Source: Bacteroidetes bacterium UBA6161
Lineage (GTDB): Bacteria; Bacteroidota; Bacteroidia; NS11-12g; UBA955
DNA: 64,000 bases
Assembly (NCBI GenBank): GCA_002422315.1
Contig: DIUJ01000049.1
Location: forward strand, 83,799-147,798
Reading direction: 5' to 3'
Positions 1-7,494 of the stretch are shown piece by piece. A program made the translations under genes and the position numbers. Positions within the stretch are counted from its first letter, which is position 1, and every line of letters starts with the position of its first letter. The notes under the pieces were generated by a model. That model searched no databases and was not told the origin of the DNA. It worked only from the letters and a program-made list of their open reading frames with translations.

Positions 1-29
1 TGTTGGCATACTAAAAAAAGTAAAAAGCT

Positions 30-779
30 ATGAAAACAAATAAAATTTTACTCCTAATATTTTTTCTGCTAACAAGCAGTGTATATGCACAGTCTAGGTA
101 TAGAATGATAGACCTGTCCTGCAGAATTCACAAGCCTGTAGATGGTTTGTACATTATTTCCCCAACCACTTTAGAAATTTCTTATTGGGTTAAAAACCAA
201 GGCCCCGATACAGTCTTTAAAGAAGATTCGTTTAATGTTAATATTAATATTAATGGTTTAAATCTAGATTATAAAAAATTTATTGCCTCACCTAGTGTTC
301 AACTTAATCCAGGTGATTCTTTTTTATTGACTTATTTTCTTCCTATTGATCATGATAAAGATGTAGATTTTGTTCATATTAACGTAAATTTAGGCCTATA
401 CAACAATTCCTCTAATTTTAATTTTTTTCGAGAAAGTCAAACCAACCCACCTACCGGAGGCGACAATGCATGGCGAGTAATCATAACGCACCGTAGTGCT
501 ACGAGCAGCATAGGGGATATAAATAAGTCGGATGTAAAAATATCGCCTAATCCTGTGGTAGATAAGTTGCAAATAGAACAACCTGAGGAAGGATTGCACT
601 CGATAAATCTACGAGACATAAGTGGTCGTGATATAATCCTAGAGTCAAATAATTTGCAGAAAACAAGTAATTCAAAATGGGAATTAACCCTACCGCAAAA
701 CATAGGGAACGGTATGTACACCCTAGAAATAAAAACAGAGCAAGGAAATTATTACAAGAAAATTTTGGTTCAAAAATGA
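30..779 (+). CDS. Secreted CARDB-like protein with T9SS C-terminal sorting domain (paralog 1, 249 aa)
   Basis: N-terminal signal peptide (LLLIFFLLTSSVYAQ). NQGPDT...LNPGDS pattern typical of CARDB-like beta-sandwich. C-terminal ISPNPVVDKLQIE...GMYTLEIKTEQG resembles a Por/T9SS sorting tail. Confidence 0.7.
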   Translation: MKTNKILLLIFFLLTSSVYAQSRYRMIDLSCRIHKPVDGLYIISPTTLEISYWVKNQGPDTVFKEDSFNVNININGLNLDYKKFIASPSVQLNPGDSFLLTYFLPIDHDKDVDFVHINVNLGLYNNSSNFNFFRESQTNPPTGGDNAWRVIITHRSATSSIGDINKSDVKISPNPVVDKLQIEQPEEGLHSINLRDISGRDIILESNNLQKTSNSKWELTLPQNIGNGMYTLEIKTEQGNYYKKILVQK

Positions 780-795
780 TAAGAAGAAAATGAAT

Positions 796-887
796 TACAC
801 TGCTTGTTGGCATACTAAAAAAAGTAAGAAGCTATGAAAACAAATAAACTTATACTCCTAATATTTTTTCTGCTAACAAGCAGTGTA
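796..887 (+). promoter_or_regulatory. 17-bp inverted repeat (796-812 / 871-887; 16 Watson-Crick pairs plus 1 G-U) enclosing the start codon of paralog 2
   Basis: tacactgcttgttggca pairs with tgctaacaagcagtgta. The 58-nt loop contains ATG 834. The right arm is also present in copy 1 (67-83); the copy-1 left arm is cut by the window edge (1-8). Confidence 0.75.
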
Positions 888-1583
888 TATGCACAGTCTA
901 GGTATAGAATGATAGACCTGTCCTGCAGAATTCACAAGCCTGTAGATGGTTTGTACATTATTTCCCCAACCACTTTGGAAATTTCCTATTCGGTTAAAAA
1001 CCAAGGCCCCGATACAGTCTTTATAGAGGATTCGTTTGATATTTCTGTAAATATTGTAGGTCTTGATCATGGTTTGAAAAGATTTATTTTGCCTGGTAAT
1101 ATTCAGTTAAATCCTGGAGATTCTGTTTTGCTAAATTATAAAACACCTGTGAATTTTAAAGATGATGTGGATTTTGTTACAATTACAACGGGTGTATTGT
1201 TGAAAAATTCATCACCAAATTTTAATTTTATTAGAGAAACTTCTTTGAATCCGCAAACAACTAAAGACAATTCGTGGCGAGTAATCATTACACACCGCAG
1301 TGCTACGAGCAGCATAGAGAATATAAATAAGTCGGATGTAAAAATATCGCCTAATCCTGTGGTAGATAAGTTGCAAATAGAACAACCTGAGGAAGGATTG
1401 CACTCGATAAATCTACGAGACATAAGTGGTCGCGAAATAATCCTAGAGTCAAATAATTTTCAGAAAACAAGTAATTCAAAATGGGAACTAACCCTACCGC
1501 AAAACATAGGGAACGGCATGTACACCCTAGAAATAAAAACAGAGCAAGGAAATTATTACAAGAAAATTTTGGTTCAAAAGTGA
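834..1583 (+). CDS. Secreted CARDB-like protein with T9SS C-terminal sorting domain (paralog 2, 249 aa)
   Basis: Same signal peptide and C-terminal ~110 aa as 30..779. The central ~80 aa are strongly diverged. Confidence 0.7.
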   Translation: MKTNKLILLIFFLLTSSVYAQSRYRMIDLSCRIHKPVDGLYIISPTTLEISYSVKNQGPDTVFIEDSFDISVNIVGLDHGLKRFILPGNIQLNPGDSVLLNYKTPVNFKDDVDFVTITTGVLLKNSSPNFNFIRETSLNPQTTKDNSWRVIITHRSATSSIENINKSDVKISPNPVVDKLQIEQPEEGLHSINLRDISGREIILESNNFQKTSNSKWELTLPQNIGNGMYTLEIKTEQGNYYKKILVQK

Positions 1584-1592
1584 TAAAGATAT

Positions 1593-2342
1593 ATGAATAA
1601 AACGATACAAAATTTAATTTTAGCCATCATGTTTTTCAGCTGCATAAATCTTCCTGCACAGGTAAGAAGATTTGATATGGCAATTACCAATATTTTAGAC
1701 ATTAACCCAATGGATACTTTTGAGCAAAACCAGGAATTTCACCCCTTTAGGTTTGTGGTTACTAATATGGGACCCGATACATTTTATGCTTTTGATATTA
1801 TAGGTTTTAGGGTTTGGGTGGGAAGCGGCTCTTTTATTGGTGGTGATAAAATGGTAAGAAGGGATTTGGGGGTGAACGATTCCGACACTTTTTCTACTGT
1901 TTTTGAAACCTATAGTGGATTCTATATTACAGATATAGACTTGTGCGTTACATACGAGTACTACAAGAACAATAGAGGAGATAGTGTTGCAAAACCAACG
2001 CCTGCAATGGAAAAAAACGATAAATTTTGTATCCCTACTGTTTATTATTCCATTTATTCTCCAAGACCAGTGGATACCTTAGTGCTAGAAGATTCTGTTT
2101 TTTCATTTGCTCTTTATCCAAATCCTGCAAGTAATGAGATGTTTGTGGAGTTAGGATACGAAATAGGAGAGGATTTTGAATGTTCAGTTTTTTCTTTAGA
2201 TGGTAGGATTATAAATATACCGCGCTACAAAATAAGGCACAAAGCATATAGTTTAGATTTTTCAGATATTGAATCAGGGATTTATATTTTACAAGTAAAG
2301 GATGAAAAAACAACTAAAAGAGAAAAGATTGTAATTCAATAA
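1593..2342 (+). CDS. Secreted protein with T9SS C-terminal sorting domain (distant paralog 3, also 249 aa)
   Basis: Signal peptide. TNMGPDT motif equivalent to NQGPDT. C-terminal LYPNPASNEMFVEL...GIYILQVKDE sorting-domain pattern. Confidence 0.65.
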   Translation: MNKTIQNLILAIMFFSCINLPAQVRRFDMAITNILDINPMDTFEQNQEFHPFRFVVTNMGPDTFYAFDIIGFRVWVGSGSFIGGDKMVRRDLGVNDSDTFSTVFETYSGFYITDIDLCVTYEYYKNNRGDSVAKPTPAMEKNDKFCIPTVYYSIYSPRPVDTLVLEDSVFSFALYPNPASNEMFVELGYEIGEDFECSVFSLDGRIINIPRYKIRHKAYSLDFSDIESGIYILQVKDEKTTKREKIVIQ

Positions 2343-2428
2343 ATGAAATGTGTTTTATCTCTTTGTAGCCTTGTTTGCTATTTGGACCCATTCAAACTGG
2401 TTTTTCACTAGACACGGAGCAAAATATT

Positions 2429-2638
2429 CAACCCTCTTAGGGGTTGTGTTAAACGATTCATTTTATACGACAGGTTTTACCTGTTGCTATTCAAATTAAA
2501 GCCTTTCAGGCTTTTAGACGTGGATGGAGTTTTACCGCCCTTTTTGTGTAAACTCTAACAACTAGTATTTTATAAAAATCAAATTCGAAAAAATCCCGAA
2601 GGGATTTAAAATGAATAGCCATCGATTGCAATCGGTGG
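2429..2638. other. Cluster of five short, unrelated stem-loops in the 338-bp gap between convergent genes
   Basis: Stems are 6-8 bp and loops 3-6 nt. H1 2429-2446 (caaccc/gggttg). H2 2470-2484 (acaggt/acctgt). H3 2498-2514 (aaagcct/aggcttt). H4 2591-2607 (aaatccc/gggattt). H5 2619-2638 (ccatcgat/atcggtgg, 1 G-U). Confidence 0.6.
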
Positions 2639-2680
2639 TATTTTAAATTGTATGTGTCACAGAAATTTATTGCGTAAAAT

Positions 2681-3784
2681 CTATATCTTCTTGCCTACCG
2701 CTTGTTTGCTAAGTATTTGCAATAGGCCTGGTATGTAAACCAAGGCATAGCATAGCATTTTGTTGAATATTGGATTTTGAATAAACAACAAAGACTGCAA
2801 AAACCTTCCTTTTTTTATCCTGAACTTTAGGTAGTGCTGAATGTATTGATGGTTTTCTTGCAACAGTTTGTTGTACTCCCCATGTTTTTGGAATTCTTGT
2901 AGCGATAAAAAAAGCTTCTTTGCGGAGCGAAAAGCAAGGCTCATGCCATTGCCCGTAAGCGGTGGGATAAACCCAGCAGCATCCCCAAGCAATACATAGC
3001 CTTGCTGCATGCTGTTTTGGGTCCCAAAATATATTTTAGAAGTAACAACAGGCTCGGTAAGTTTTTTACTTTGCAATCTTTTTTTGAGGGAAGGGTTTCT
3101 AGATAAAACCTTCTCTTCCAAAGCTTCTATATTCCCTTTTACGGATTTTAAGGCATTGGAATCTACCAAATAGCAAAGATTGTATGCGCCATTTTCTACT
3201 TTCGATACACCACAATATCCACCCTTAAATTGATGTATCTCTATAGTGTCTTCGCTAGGCCCGGCTTCTACATGGTATTTTACTCCTACAAAACTATTCT
3301 GTTTCTTGTTTTCTTGCAATCCAGATATTCGCCCAAATGTGCCTACTACCAAAGGATAGGAGAGATTTTCGCCATGGTTTATCTGTATTGTAAACCCAAA
3401 ATCTGTTTTTTTAATCGCGGTAACTTTACTGTGAAGTTTTATAGAAACCCCATTATCAAGAGCAATTTTGTATAATTCATGGTCTAGAAACATTCTGCTA
3501 ATTCCGAAACCACCAGTTTTAAGTTTGGTGCTAGCGCTAATTCTGTGTTCGGTGGTTAAAGTAAAGTTGCTAATGATAGGAGTTTGTAGTTTACTTAAAT
3601 TTACACCAAGTGATTCCAAAAAATCGTAAGACTCCATGCTGATGTATTCGCCGCAAACTTTGGGTCTAGGGTAGTCTCCTTTTTCTAAAACCGTTACTTT
3701 CCACCCATTTTTTGCAGTAAGAATGGCAAGAGAAAGTCCTGCAAGTCCACCACCTACAATACATATTTCCTTGCTATTGCTCAT
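2681..3784 (-). CDS. FAD-dependent oxidoreductase/monooxygenase (geranylgeranyl-reductase-like; SrsC-like position in operon)
   Basis: N-terminal dinucleotide-binding motif ICIVGGGLAGLSLA...VLEK. A later GDAAGFIPPLTGNG motif. 4-nt overlap with the upstream methyltransferase gene. Confidence 0.75.
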   Translation of the reverse strand: MSNSKEICIVGGGLAGLSLAILTAKNGWKVTVLEKGDYPRPKVCGEYISMESYDFLESLGVNLSKLQTPIISNFTLTTEHRISASTKLKTGGFGISRMFLDHELYKIALDNGVSIKLHSKVTAIKKTDFGFTIQINHGENLSYPLVVGTFGRISGLQENKKQNSFVGVKYHVEAGPSEDTIEIHQFKGGYCGVSKVENGAYNLCYLVDSNALKSVKGNIEALEEKVLSRNPSLKKRLQSKKLTEPVVTSKIYFGTQNSMQQGYVLLGDAAGFIPPLTGNGMSLAFRSAKKLFLSLQEFQKHGEYNKLLQENHQYIQHYLKFRIKKGRFLQSLLFIQNPIFNKMLCYALVYIPGLLQILSKQAVGKKI

Positions 3785-4488
3785 GGGTATATGGTAATTA
3801 GGTGCCTAAAAGCCCATTTCCATTCTACAGTGTAGTTTGTGATTCCTGCTTTTTGCAATTGGGTTTCCCATTCTGCTTTGGTAAAACCTCTAAGTACAGA
3901 TAAGGGTGCATCGTGCTTTGTAAATGCAGACTTTGAAAACAATGCAGCAGCAAATTTTATAAACCAATATGCAACAGGGTGGCGGTGTAGGTCGTTTATG
4001 ATTGTGGCTTTTCGTGCATTTGTGTGCGCTGTTTTTAAGAAAATTTGAAGTTCTTGTTCGCTAAGGTGGTGGCAAAATAAGTTTGCTGTTATGATGTCAA
4101 TTTGTTGTTGGCTACTATCAAAGGATTTTTTGTAATCGTTTAGCATAAGATTTGCCTGGCTGGGCAGTGTAGGATAGTGTAATTTTACAAATTCAAGTGT
4201 TTCGGGCATTATATCTACACCAGATAATTGTATACTGAAATCCAATTTATTTTGATTTTTAGTTACATAATTTAAGAGGTCTCCTGCTCCAAATCCTACA
4301 TCCAAAAGTGTTAAGTTATCTGTTTTATGAAGAAATAGTTTTTTTATTTGTTTAAAAACCACACTTGGTCCCCCGGTTAGTTTGTTTATAAAAATAAGTT
4401 CTTTGAGATTAACAAACAATGCCTTCTTATCCTCTATGGGCATATCCATTAATTCTGCTTGGTACGAACGATTTTTAAAGTTTGGCAT
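3781..4488 (-). CDS. Class I SAM-dependent methyltransferase (SrsB-like position)
   Basis: SAM-binding motif LLDVGFGAGDL. Sits between the type III PKS and the FAD oxidoreductase. Confidence 0.7.
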   Translation of the reverse strand: MPNFKNRSYQAELMDMPIEDKKALFVNLKELIFINKLTGGPSVVFKQIKKLFLHKTDNLTLLDVGFGAGDLLNYVTKNQNKLDFSIQLSGVDIMPETLEFVKLHYPTLPSQANLMLNDYKKSFDSSQQQIDIITANLFCHHLSEQELQIFLKTAHTNARKATIINDLHRHPVAYWFIKFAAALFSKSAFTKHDAPLSVLRGFTKAEWETQLQKAGITNYTVEWKWAFRHLITIYP

Positions 4489-4500
4489 TTTTACAATCCG

Positions 4501-5601
4501 TTAATTTTCTATTAAATTCCATTCCAAAAGGGCACTTTCTATGCTAAGCCCTGGGCCAAAAGCAGCAGCATACACCATTGTATTTACCCTGTCGTATTTA
4601 TAATTTTCTATCATCTCCTTAAGTACAAATAGGATTGTAGCTGAAGACATATTGCCATATTCGAGAAGAACAGCATAGCTTTCGCTTATTTCTTTGCTTT
4701 CTATTTCAATAGCTTCTGCGAAAGCCTTAAGTATATTTTTCCCACCAGGGTGAATGGCATAACTTGTTATTTGGTCTTTAGAAACCTTGTTTTTAGTTAA
4801 AAAATCCAAAAAAGCTTTTTTCATATTTTGCACAATTTGACTGGGGACATTTCTGTTCAGTACCATTTCAAAGCCATGTTGTCCCAAGTCCCATTTCATG
4901 TCGTTTTTGCCTTGTGGCAAGAGTATAGATCCAAAGTTTTTACAAGAAAGATAGGGGTTGTTTTTAGGCTTTTTACTGCTTAGAATAGCTGCCGCAGCTC
5001 CATCGCCAAATAGGTAAGTAGAAAGTATATTGTCGTCGCTTGGGTTTTGTCGGAAATGTAAAGAGCACAATTCAACAGAAAATACTAAAACCGTAGCATT
5101 GGGGTTTGCTTTACATATCAAGTCGGCCATACGCAAACCATGGAAAGCAGCATGACAACCCATGAAATTTACACTATGCCTTTCTGTATCTTCTTTTAAG
5201 CCAAGTTCTAATAAAATTTCTACTTCCAAGCCCGGTGCATACACCCCTGTGCAGGTTATTCCTATAATATGGGTAATGGATTGTTTCTCAACTTGGCTAT
5301 TTTGGATAGCTTGAACACATACCTTACTGGAAAGTTTAAATGCTTCGTTTTTGAACACTTGCATTCTTTCTGCCGTAGTAGGAGAGTGGTCTTTAGTTTT
5401 AAATAGAATGGGATTTGGGCAAGCAGCATTAAAATCTGGCAACACACTGTATTTGTATAAGATAGATTTATCTCTTTGCAGAGCTTTGTATTTTCTGAGT
5501 GCATTTTTGTCTTCAATACTCCAACCAATAAAAGCGGTCATTTCTTCTTGGCTAACTTTATAAGTACCTTGGCTTGTTTCTATACTGTGTATGTATGTCA
5601 C
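4501..5601 (-). CDS. Type III polyketide synthase (chalcone/stilbene synthase family; alkylresorcinol-synthase-like)
   Basis: Length 366 aa. Active-site Cys context GITCTGVYAPG. GCHAAFHGLR, IHPGGKNIL and C-terminal AFGPGLS motifs are typical of the CHS-like thiolase fold. Confidence 0.85.
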   Translation of the reverse strand: MTYIHSIETSQGTYKVSQEEMTAFIGWSIEDKNALRKYKALQRDKSILYKYSVLPDFNAACPNPILFKTKDHSPTTAERMQVFKNEAFKLSSKVCVQAIQNSQVEKQSITHIIGITCTGVYAPGLEVEILLELGLKEDTERHSVNFMGCHAAFHGLRMADLICKANPNATVLVFSVELCSLHFRQNPSDDNILSTYLFGDGAAAAILSSKKPKNNPYLSCKNFGSILLPQGKNDMKWDLGQHGFEMVLNRNVPSQIVQNMKKAFLDFLTKNKVSKDQITSYAIHPGGKNILKAFAEAIEIESKEISESYAVLLEYGNMSSATILFVLKEMIENYKYDRVNTMVYAAAFGPGLSIESALLEWNLIEN

Positions 5602-6476
5602 GATTGGCTATGTTCTAAAAAAATAAGTATAATAAAAAAAACATTAACAGAAATAGCTGCAATATTGTTCATTCTCATAGTGTTTTCAAAGTTGGCTTCT
5701 TCTGGTTTGCTAAAAACACTCCGCATCCAAAGGTTAAAAAAACCAAAAACAGGAGCTGTGCAGAGGGCAAAAAGCAAAAGGTAAGACCATTTTTGTTGTA
5801 AAATCCCAAAATAGTAAAATGCCAATGCACCCAAGGCAGCAAACAAAATACTCGAAAAAACAAAAGTGCCTCTTATACCAAGAAGCATGCTCAGGGTTTT
5901 TACTCCGTCTTTTTTGTCTTGCTCGTGTTGGTACACTTGCGTAAGAGGATAGCCTGCACCTACCAAAACAAAGGCCATACAAAGGGAAACCATAAATTCC
6001 ATATCATACAGTATAGTTCTACCTGTAGAGATACTTACCAGCAAAAATATAACTACCCCTTGAAAAATGGAAACATGTAAAAAACCCAAAACCGGAAATT
6101 TTTTTATTCTGATTTTGCGATAGCTATATGCCCTGGAAGCCAAAACATACAAAAGTGCCAACGCACTTGCCACGGGGTTGGATACCCAAAAATAAACAAG
6201 CAAGATACCTACACTATCTAAAATAAGGCTAAGTACAAACATAGATTTTGGAACTTTTGGAGGCGATTTAATGCCACCTATACTCCCGGTGTCTTTGTCC
6301 ATGTAGCTATTGTAGCCATTGCTAGCGGGGTAAAGAAAAAAGTGTAATGCTACAAAACAAGCCAAAGTGCTGTTCCAGTCTAGGCTATCTGCTTGGCTCA
6401 AAGCAAATAAAAAAACTGGCATAAGATATACACCGAAGGGAATGCGCAAATGCAATAAAAGGGGAGGGTAACTCAT
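5598..6476 (-). CDS. UbiA-family aromatic prenyltransferase (integral membrane)
   Basis: About 8 hydrophobic helices. Asp-rich motif NGYNSYMDKD. 4-nt overlap with the PKS gene. Confidence 0.7.
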   Translation of the reverse strand: MSYPPLLLHLRIPFGVYLMPVFLFALSQADSLDWNSTLACFVALHFFLYPASNGYNSYMDKDTGSIGGIKSPPKVPKSMFVLSLILDSVGILLVYFWVSNPVASALALLYVLASRAYSYRKIRIKKFPVLGFLHVSIFQGVVIFLLVSISTGRTILYDMEFMVSLCMAFVLVGAGYPLTQVYQHEQDKKDGVKTLSMLLGIRGTFVFSSILFAALGALAFYYFGILQQKWSYLLLFALCTAPVFGFFNLWMRSVFSKPEEANFENTMRMNNIAAISVNVFFIILIFLEHSQS

Positions 6477-6663
6477 AAAGTTTTATTACTTCAAATAAAG
6501 GGTAAATTTTGTTTACCTGTTAGGTCTTTGCAAAAAAAGCTAAGTAACTTATTTTGAGAAGTCAATAAGATTTTGTATAGTAAATAAAAACTTGTAATAA
6601 ATGAAAAATATATGCAATATTGCAGGTATAGAGACGAATTAGGCTATACCATATCAAATAATA

Positions 6664-7092
6664 ATGAAAAAAATACTTTACTTTGGAATTGTTGGATTTT
6701 TAATCTCTTGTTCTACAACAAAACAAGCTGTAAAAACTGGTTTAAAAGATAATCAGACTTTTAAATTAACAGAAATATCAACTGACCCTACATATGGATT
6801 GACATATAAAAATCCTATCCAAGTTGGTGGTGTAGAGAAAGAAGAAGGTCCATTAAACGAAAGAAGATTTCTAAACGCTCTTGCTGGACCGAATGGAGAA
6901 AAAGTTTCTTACTTTCGAGCTGGAAGTTGTTGTCCTACCAAGAGTAACAATGATCCATTAGGATTTGGTAGTGTTATGTTAGATAATTATCGTGTAACAT
7001 GGGAAGGTTCAAAAGATACGGTTTCAATATATATAAATATGTATGATTATGGAACTTTAAAAGCTCCTGTTGGATTTACAATTAAAAAATAA
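6664..7092 (+). CDS. Hypothetical lipoprotein
   Basis: Lipobox GFLISC after a hydrophobic signal segment. No recognised catalytic motif. Confidence 0.5.
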   Translation: MKKILYFGIVGFLISCSTTKQAVKTGLKDNQTFKLTEISTDPTYGLTYKNPIQVGGVEKEEGPLNERRFLNALAGPNGEKVSYFRAGSCCPTKSNNDPLGFGSVMLDNYRVTWEGSKDTVSIYINMYDYGTLKAPVGFTIKK

Positions 7093-7094
7093 AA

Positions 7095-7340
7095 CTGCCA
7101 CAATTTTCTTAGCTATACCTCCCTCCTAAGGCAGACAAGTAAACAACACGTTTAAAAACCATTCTGTAAAAAAACCACTTCAATACAGGCCTTTTAAAAG
7201 AGGTATTTTTAAGACCATTTAAGACACCTGGATTTGCAAAATATTTTGCGCTTAAATTTTAAATCCAATAAATAAAACCCATTAAAAAGTGCGGAGTAAA
7301 GTAGTTTTTTCTATTTTTGAAAACAATACAGAGGTGTTTC
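7095..7340 (+). repeat. Intergenic repeat family, copy A
   Basis: Shares ...ctaaggcagacaagt...aaaaacc...cacttcaatacaggc... and ...agtagttttttctatttttgaaaac... blocks with copies B and C. Contains a tatttttg box at 7312-7319. Confidence 0.75.
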
Positions 7341-7399
7341 CCACCTAATGCGGGAACCAACAACCCGACAACCGCACGATTGAAAATAATGACATTTTT

Positions 7400-7491
7400 C
7401 GTATCATAATCAAATCAAAACGTATCAAAACGTATCATTTGTTGTTTGCGGTTTCAAATCTTAATCGTATCTTTGCGTATCAAAACGTATC
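7400..7491 (+). promoter_or_regulatory. Six CGTATC iterons (candidate operator) around the fic promoter
   Basis: CGTATC at 7400, 7421, 7431, 7466, 7476 and 7486. Most copies lie within the 10-bp unit aaaacgtatc. The last three are at exact 10-bp spacing, and the copy at 7466 overlaps the -7 box. Confidence 0.7.
7468..7475 (+). promoter_or_regulatory. Bacteroidota-type -7 promoter box (TAnnTTTG) for fic
   Basis: tatctttg lies 20 nt upstream of ATG 7495. TTTG at 7445-7448 is suitably placed for a -33 element. Confidence 0.55.
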
Positions 7492-7494
7492 AAA

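Larger units (their letters stand above)
1..1585 (+). repeat. Tandem duplication with an ~804-bp unit (1-781 vs 805-1585), each unit carrying one T9SS-cargo paralog
   Basis: Position 1 aligns with 805 (tgttggcatactaaaaaaagtaa...). The first ~220 nt and last ~310 nt of the units are near-identical by eye; the central ~250 nt is much more diverged. Confidence 0.9.

Noticed and set aside
225-1274. Diversity-generating retroelement (template/variable repeat) as the explanation for the variable centre of the paralogs
   Set aside because: Differences between the two central regions are not restricted to adenine positions, the divergence is far too high (~one third of sites), and no reverse transcriptase is nearby.
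396-1423. Several 63-95-aa minus-strand ORFs (396..599, 437..721, 547..813, 873..1070, 1136..1423, 1212..1403) inside the T9SS-cargo paralogs
   Set aside because: They are antisense to ORFs with clear signal peptides and sorting domains. They are duplicated only because the sense genes are duplicated. Their composition is typical of AT-rich antisense frames.
2343-2411. 22-codon Cys-rich mini-ORF (MKCVLSLCSLVCYLDPFKLVFH) starting right after the stop of 1593..2342
   Set aside because: It is too short to evaluate and has no recognisable precursor-peptide context or modifying enzymes. It is most likely chance; it is mentioned only because it abuts the hairpin cluster.
5476-5784. 102-aa plus-strand ORF spanning the PKS/UbiA junction, and other small ORFs within 3230-5982 on either strand
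   Set aside because: They overlap strongly supported minus-strand genes of the PKS operon, either antisense or in another frame, and have no motifs.
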